From contig BK006948.2 of assembly GCA_000146045.2 (NCBI GenBank), positions 800,001 to 864,000 of the forward strand: a stretch of 64,000 bases of DNA. Reading direction: 5' to 3'. The notes beneath the pieces were generated by a model. The model was given only the letters and a program-made list of their open reading frames with translations, ran no database searches and was not told the DNA's origin. Shown here in pieces: positions 61,175 through 64,000 of the stretch (position 1 is its first letter; each line of letters starts with the position of its first letter). The DNA comes from TPA_inf: Saccharomyces (lineage: Eukaryota). A program made the position numbers and the translations under genes.

Positions 61175-64000
61175 ATGGATATTCCCTCTTCAAACCAAAT
61201 TCAACATGGCCAAAGGAGTGAAAGGAACCGAAGAATGCCGAGGGCTTCTTTTTCTTCTACAGCCACTACTTCTACGGCGGCCACATTGACTTCCGCGATG
61301 GTACTGGATCAGAACAATTCGGAACCGTACGCAGGTGCAACATTCGAAGCCGTGCCAAGTTCTATTGTATCATTCCATCACCCTCATTCTTTTCAATCAA
61401 GCAACCTCCCAAGTCCGCATTCTTCAGGGAACCTAGAGCAGAGAGGCCGCCGATTGACTGAATCAGAGCCTTTAGTATTATCCTCGGCTGAACAGTCTCG
61501 AAGCTCTTCTAGAAACCCTTCTCATTTTCGATTTTTCACTCAGGAGCAAATATCCAATGCTGAAGGCGCTTCCACGTTAGAAAATACAGATTATGACATG
61601 GCCTGGGATGCCACCCCCGCTTATGAACAAGATAGAATCTATGGTACGGGCCTATCTTCCAGGCGTTCTTCTATTCGAAGTTTTTCCAGAGCATCATCTC
61701 TCTCAAATGCAAAGTCTTATGGATCTTTCAGTAAGAGGGGTCGCTCTGGTTCAAGGGCACCACAAAGGCTGGGAGAAAATTCTGACACTGGGTTCGTTTA
61801 TCATTCCGCTACACATTCATCATCCAGTTTATCGAGATATACGACCAGAGAAAGAATTCCTATTGAACTAGAAAGTCAAACAGATGAAATACTAGAAGAC
61901 GAGTCTTCTACACATTCTTTAGAATCTTCAGATAGTAGGCGATCTGCAAGCGAAAATAATAGAGGAAGCTTTTCTGGTCATGATGATGTTCATAATCAGC
62001 ATAGCGAATATCTAAAACCTGACTATCATGAAAAGTTTTATCCACAGTATGCACCAAACTTGCATTACCAAAGGTTTTACATTGCGGAAGAGGATTTAGT
62101 TATTGGTATCGCTGCTTACCAGACCTCAAAATTCTGGTATATTATTTACAACCTGTGCTGCTTCTTGACTTTCGGATTAGTTTATCTTTTAACGAGATGG
62201 CTTCCCCATCTCAAAGTTAAATTATATGGCGTGAAAGTGCCATTGGCTAAAGCAGAATGGGTCGTGATAGAAAATGAGTTTGGTGAGTTTGTCATACAAC
62301 CTATCGATCGACAGTGGTATAATAGACCATTAAGTACTGTTTTACCTTTTGAAAATTACCCTAATCCGTCATATGAACCAAATGATATCAATTTGAGCCA
62401 CCACCATGCCAATGAAATTAATCCAAATGTGCCTATCTTGATCACATTTGAATACAGATATATTAAGTTCATATATTCACCGCTCGATGATCTCTTTAAA
62501 ACTAACAATAACTGGATAGATCCTGACTGGGTGGATTTAAGTACCGTATCAAATGGTTTAACTAAGGGGGTTCAAGAAGATAGAGAACTTGCGTTTGGTA
62601 AAAATCAAATTAATTTGAGAATGAAAACTACTTCAGAAATTTTATTCAATGAAGTGTTGCATCCGTTTTATGTCTTTCAAGTATTTTCGATAATTTTGTG
62701 GGGCATTGATGAATACTACTACTACGCCGCATGCATTTTTTTGATTTCTGTACTGTCTATTTTTGATTCATTGAATGAACAGAAGAAAGTATCGAGAAAC
62801 TTAGCTGAAATGTCGCACTTTCATTGTGACGTTCGTGTTTTGAGGGATAAGTTTTGGACAACGATAAGCTCATCAGAACTAGTTCCGGGCGATATATATG
62901 AAGTATCTGACCCAAATATAACAATATTGCCTTGTGACTCTATTCTTCTGTCCAGTGATTGTATAGTCAATGAATCCATGCTAACTGGTGAATCTGTGCC
63001 CGTTTCGAAATTTCCAGCTACGGAAGAAACAATGTACCAATTATGTGACGACTTCCAGAGCACCCAAATATCGAGTTTTGTTTCCAAATCCTTCTTGTAT
63101 AATGGTACAAATATAATTAGAGCAAGAATTGCCCCCGGGCAAACCGCCGCTTTGGCGATGGTTGTAAGGACAGGATTCTCAACAACAAAGGGCTCCTTGG
63201 TTCGTTCCATGGTTTTCCCAAAACCAACTGGTTTTAAATTCTATAGAGATTCCTTTAAATATATTGGATTCATGTCATTAATCGCAATTTTCGGTTTTTG
63301 CGTCAGTTGCGTTCAGTTCATTAAACTTGGTTTAGACAAAAAGACAATGATATTAAGAGCTTTAGATATCATAACAATTGTAGTGCCACCAGCTCTGCCC
63401 GCGACTTTAACCATTGGTACCAATTTTGCTTTGAGTAGGTTAAAGGAGAAGGGAATATTTTGTATCTCTCCAACAAGGCTTAACATTAGTGGTAAAATCG
63501 ATGTTATGTGTTTTGATAAAACTGGAACACTTACCGAAGATGGCTTAGATGTACTTGGAGTACAAATATCGGAGCCAAATGGGGTTAGAGGCCAGAAGTT
63601 TGGAGAACTATTGAGTGATATTCGCCAAGTATTTCCTAAATTTTCTTTGAACGATTGTAGTTCGCCATTAGATTTTAAGTCCAGGAACTTTTTCATGTCA
63701 TTATTAACATGTCACTCGCTGAGATCAGTTGATGGAAATTTACTCGGTGACCCACTAGACTTTAAAATGTTTCAATTTACCGGTTGGTCATTCGAGGAGG
63801 ACTTCCAAAAACGAGCATTCCATTCATTATACGAGGGAAGACATGAAGATGATGTTTTCCCAGAAAATTCAGAAATCATTCCTGCGGTAGTTCACCCTGA
63901 TAGTAATAATAGAGAAAATACGTTTACTGATAATGATCCTCATAATTTTCTAGGGGTGGTGAGAAGCTTTGAATTTTTATCTGAGCTGAGACGTATGAGC
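61175..64000 (+). CDS. YPK9: Ypk9, P5B-type P-type ATPase, 5' partial (first ~941 codons; continues beyond the window)
   Basis: ATG at 61175 (MDIPSSNQIQHGQRSERNRR); the frame is open to the window end; P-type phosphorylation motif FDKTGTLTEDG at about 63505-63540; transmembrane segments. Absent from the ORF track because there is no stop codon in the window. Confidence 0.9.
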   Translation, partial: MDIPSSNQIQHGQRSERNRRMPRASFSSTATTSTAATLTSAMVLDQNNSEPYAGATFEAVPSSIVSFHHPHSFQSSNLPSPHSSGNLEQRGRRLTESEPLVLSSAEQSRSSSRNPSHFRFFTQEQISNAEGASTLENTDYDMAWDATPAYEQDRIYGTGLSSRRSSIRSFSRASSLSNAKSYGSFSKRGRSGSRAPQRLGENSDTGFVYHSATHSSSSLSRYTTRERIPIELESQTDEILEDESSTHSLESSDSRRSASENNRGSFSGHDDVHNQHSEYLKPDYHEKFYPQYAPNLHYQRFYIAEEDLVIGIAAYQTSKFWYIIYNLCCFLTFGLVYLLTRWLPHLKVKLYGVKVPLAKAEWVVIENEFGEFVIQPIDRQWYNRPLSTVLPFENYPNPSYEPNDINLSHHHANEINPNVPILITFEYRYIKFIYSPLDDLFKTNNNWIDPDWVDLSTVSNGLTKGVQEDRELAFGKNQINLRMKTTSEILFNEVLHPFYVFQVFSIILWGIDEYYYYAACIFLISVLSIFDSLNEQKKVSRNLAEMSHFHCDVRVLRDKFWTTISSSELVPGDIYEVSDPNITILPCDSILLSSDCIVNESMLTGESVPVSKFPATEETMYQLCDDFQSTQISSFVSKSFLYNGTNIIRARIAPGQTAALAMVVRTGFSTTKGSLVRSMVFPKPTGFKFYRDSFKYIGFMSLIAIFGFCVSCVQFIKLGLDKKTMILRALDIITIVVPPALPATLTIGTNFALSRLKEKGIFCISPTRLNISGKIDVMCFDKTGTLTEDGLDVLGVQISEPNGVRGQKFGELLSDIRQVFPKFSLNDCSSPLDFKSRNFFMSLLTCHSLRSVDGNLLGDPLDFKMFQFTGWSFEEDFQKRAFHSLYEGRHEDDVFPENSEIIPAVVHPDSNNRENTFTDNDPHNFLGVVRSFEFLSELRRMS

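Overview
This window reads as a gene-dense stretch of the Saccharomyces cerevisiae nuclear genome, the right arm of chromosome XV from YOR249C/APC5 to YOR291W/YPK9. Genes sit about one per 1.7 kb on both strands, with short AT-rich intergenic regions, no introns in these genes, a Pol III tRNA gene, a Ty3 LTR and yeast-specific promoter motifs. I recognise about 38 protein-coding genes from diagnostic motifs plus gene order: APC5 (3' part), CLP1, TUM1, TMA16, NAT5, SEC63, OSW1, TRE2, CDC31, HNT3, RPT4, GCD1, RPN8, GPN2, DSE3, RBL2, PNT1, HRK1, YOR268C, PAC1, VPH1, FSF1, YTM1, TPO4, MOD5, RIM20, CAF20, HEM4, RFM1, FSH3, PLP2, YOR283W, HUA2, RDL1, RDL2, RRP36, MPD1, YOR289W, SNF2 and the 5' 2.8 kb of YPK9. 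Non-coding features are a tRNA-Ala(UGC) gene with its T-run terminator, and a 340-bp Ty3 sigma solo LTR 16 bp upstream of it flanked by a perfect 5-bp GAAAC target-site duplication. Between CAF20 and HEM4 there is a divergent pair of candidate H/ACA snoRNAs (SNR31/SNR5, from recall plus TATA box, ACA-NNN 3' end and H box). Further features are several coding microsatellites and promoter motifs readable directly: RRPE/PAC, PACE, UPRE-2 and a Leu3-type palindrome. The ORF track uses TTG/GTG as well as ATG starts, so several of its ORFs are N-terminally over-extended; I re-anchored those to the first in-frame ATG. I see no prokaryote-style or otherwise undescribed system here; this is an ordinary, well-studied eukaryotic region. 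The items most worth a second look are modest: a GC-rich hairpin-forming non-coding island upstream of MOD5, the Leu3-like site at FSF1, the LTR-scarred interval between the tRNA and SNF2, and the snoRNA candidates.
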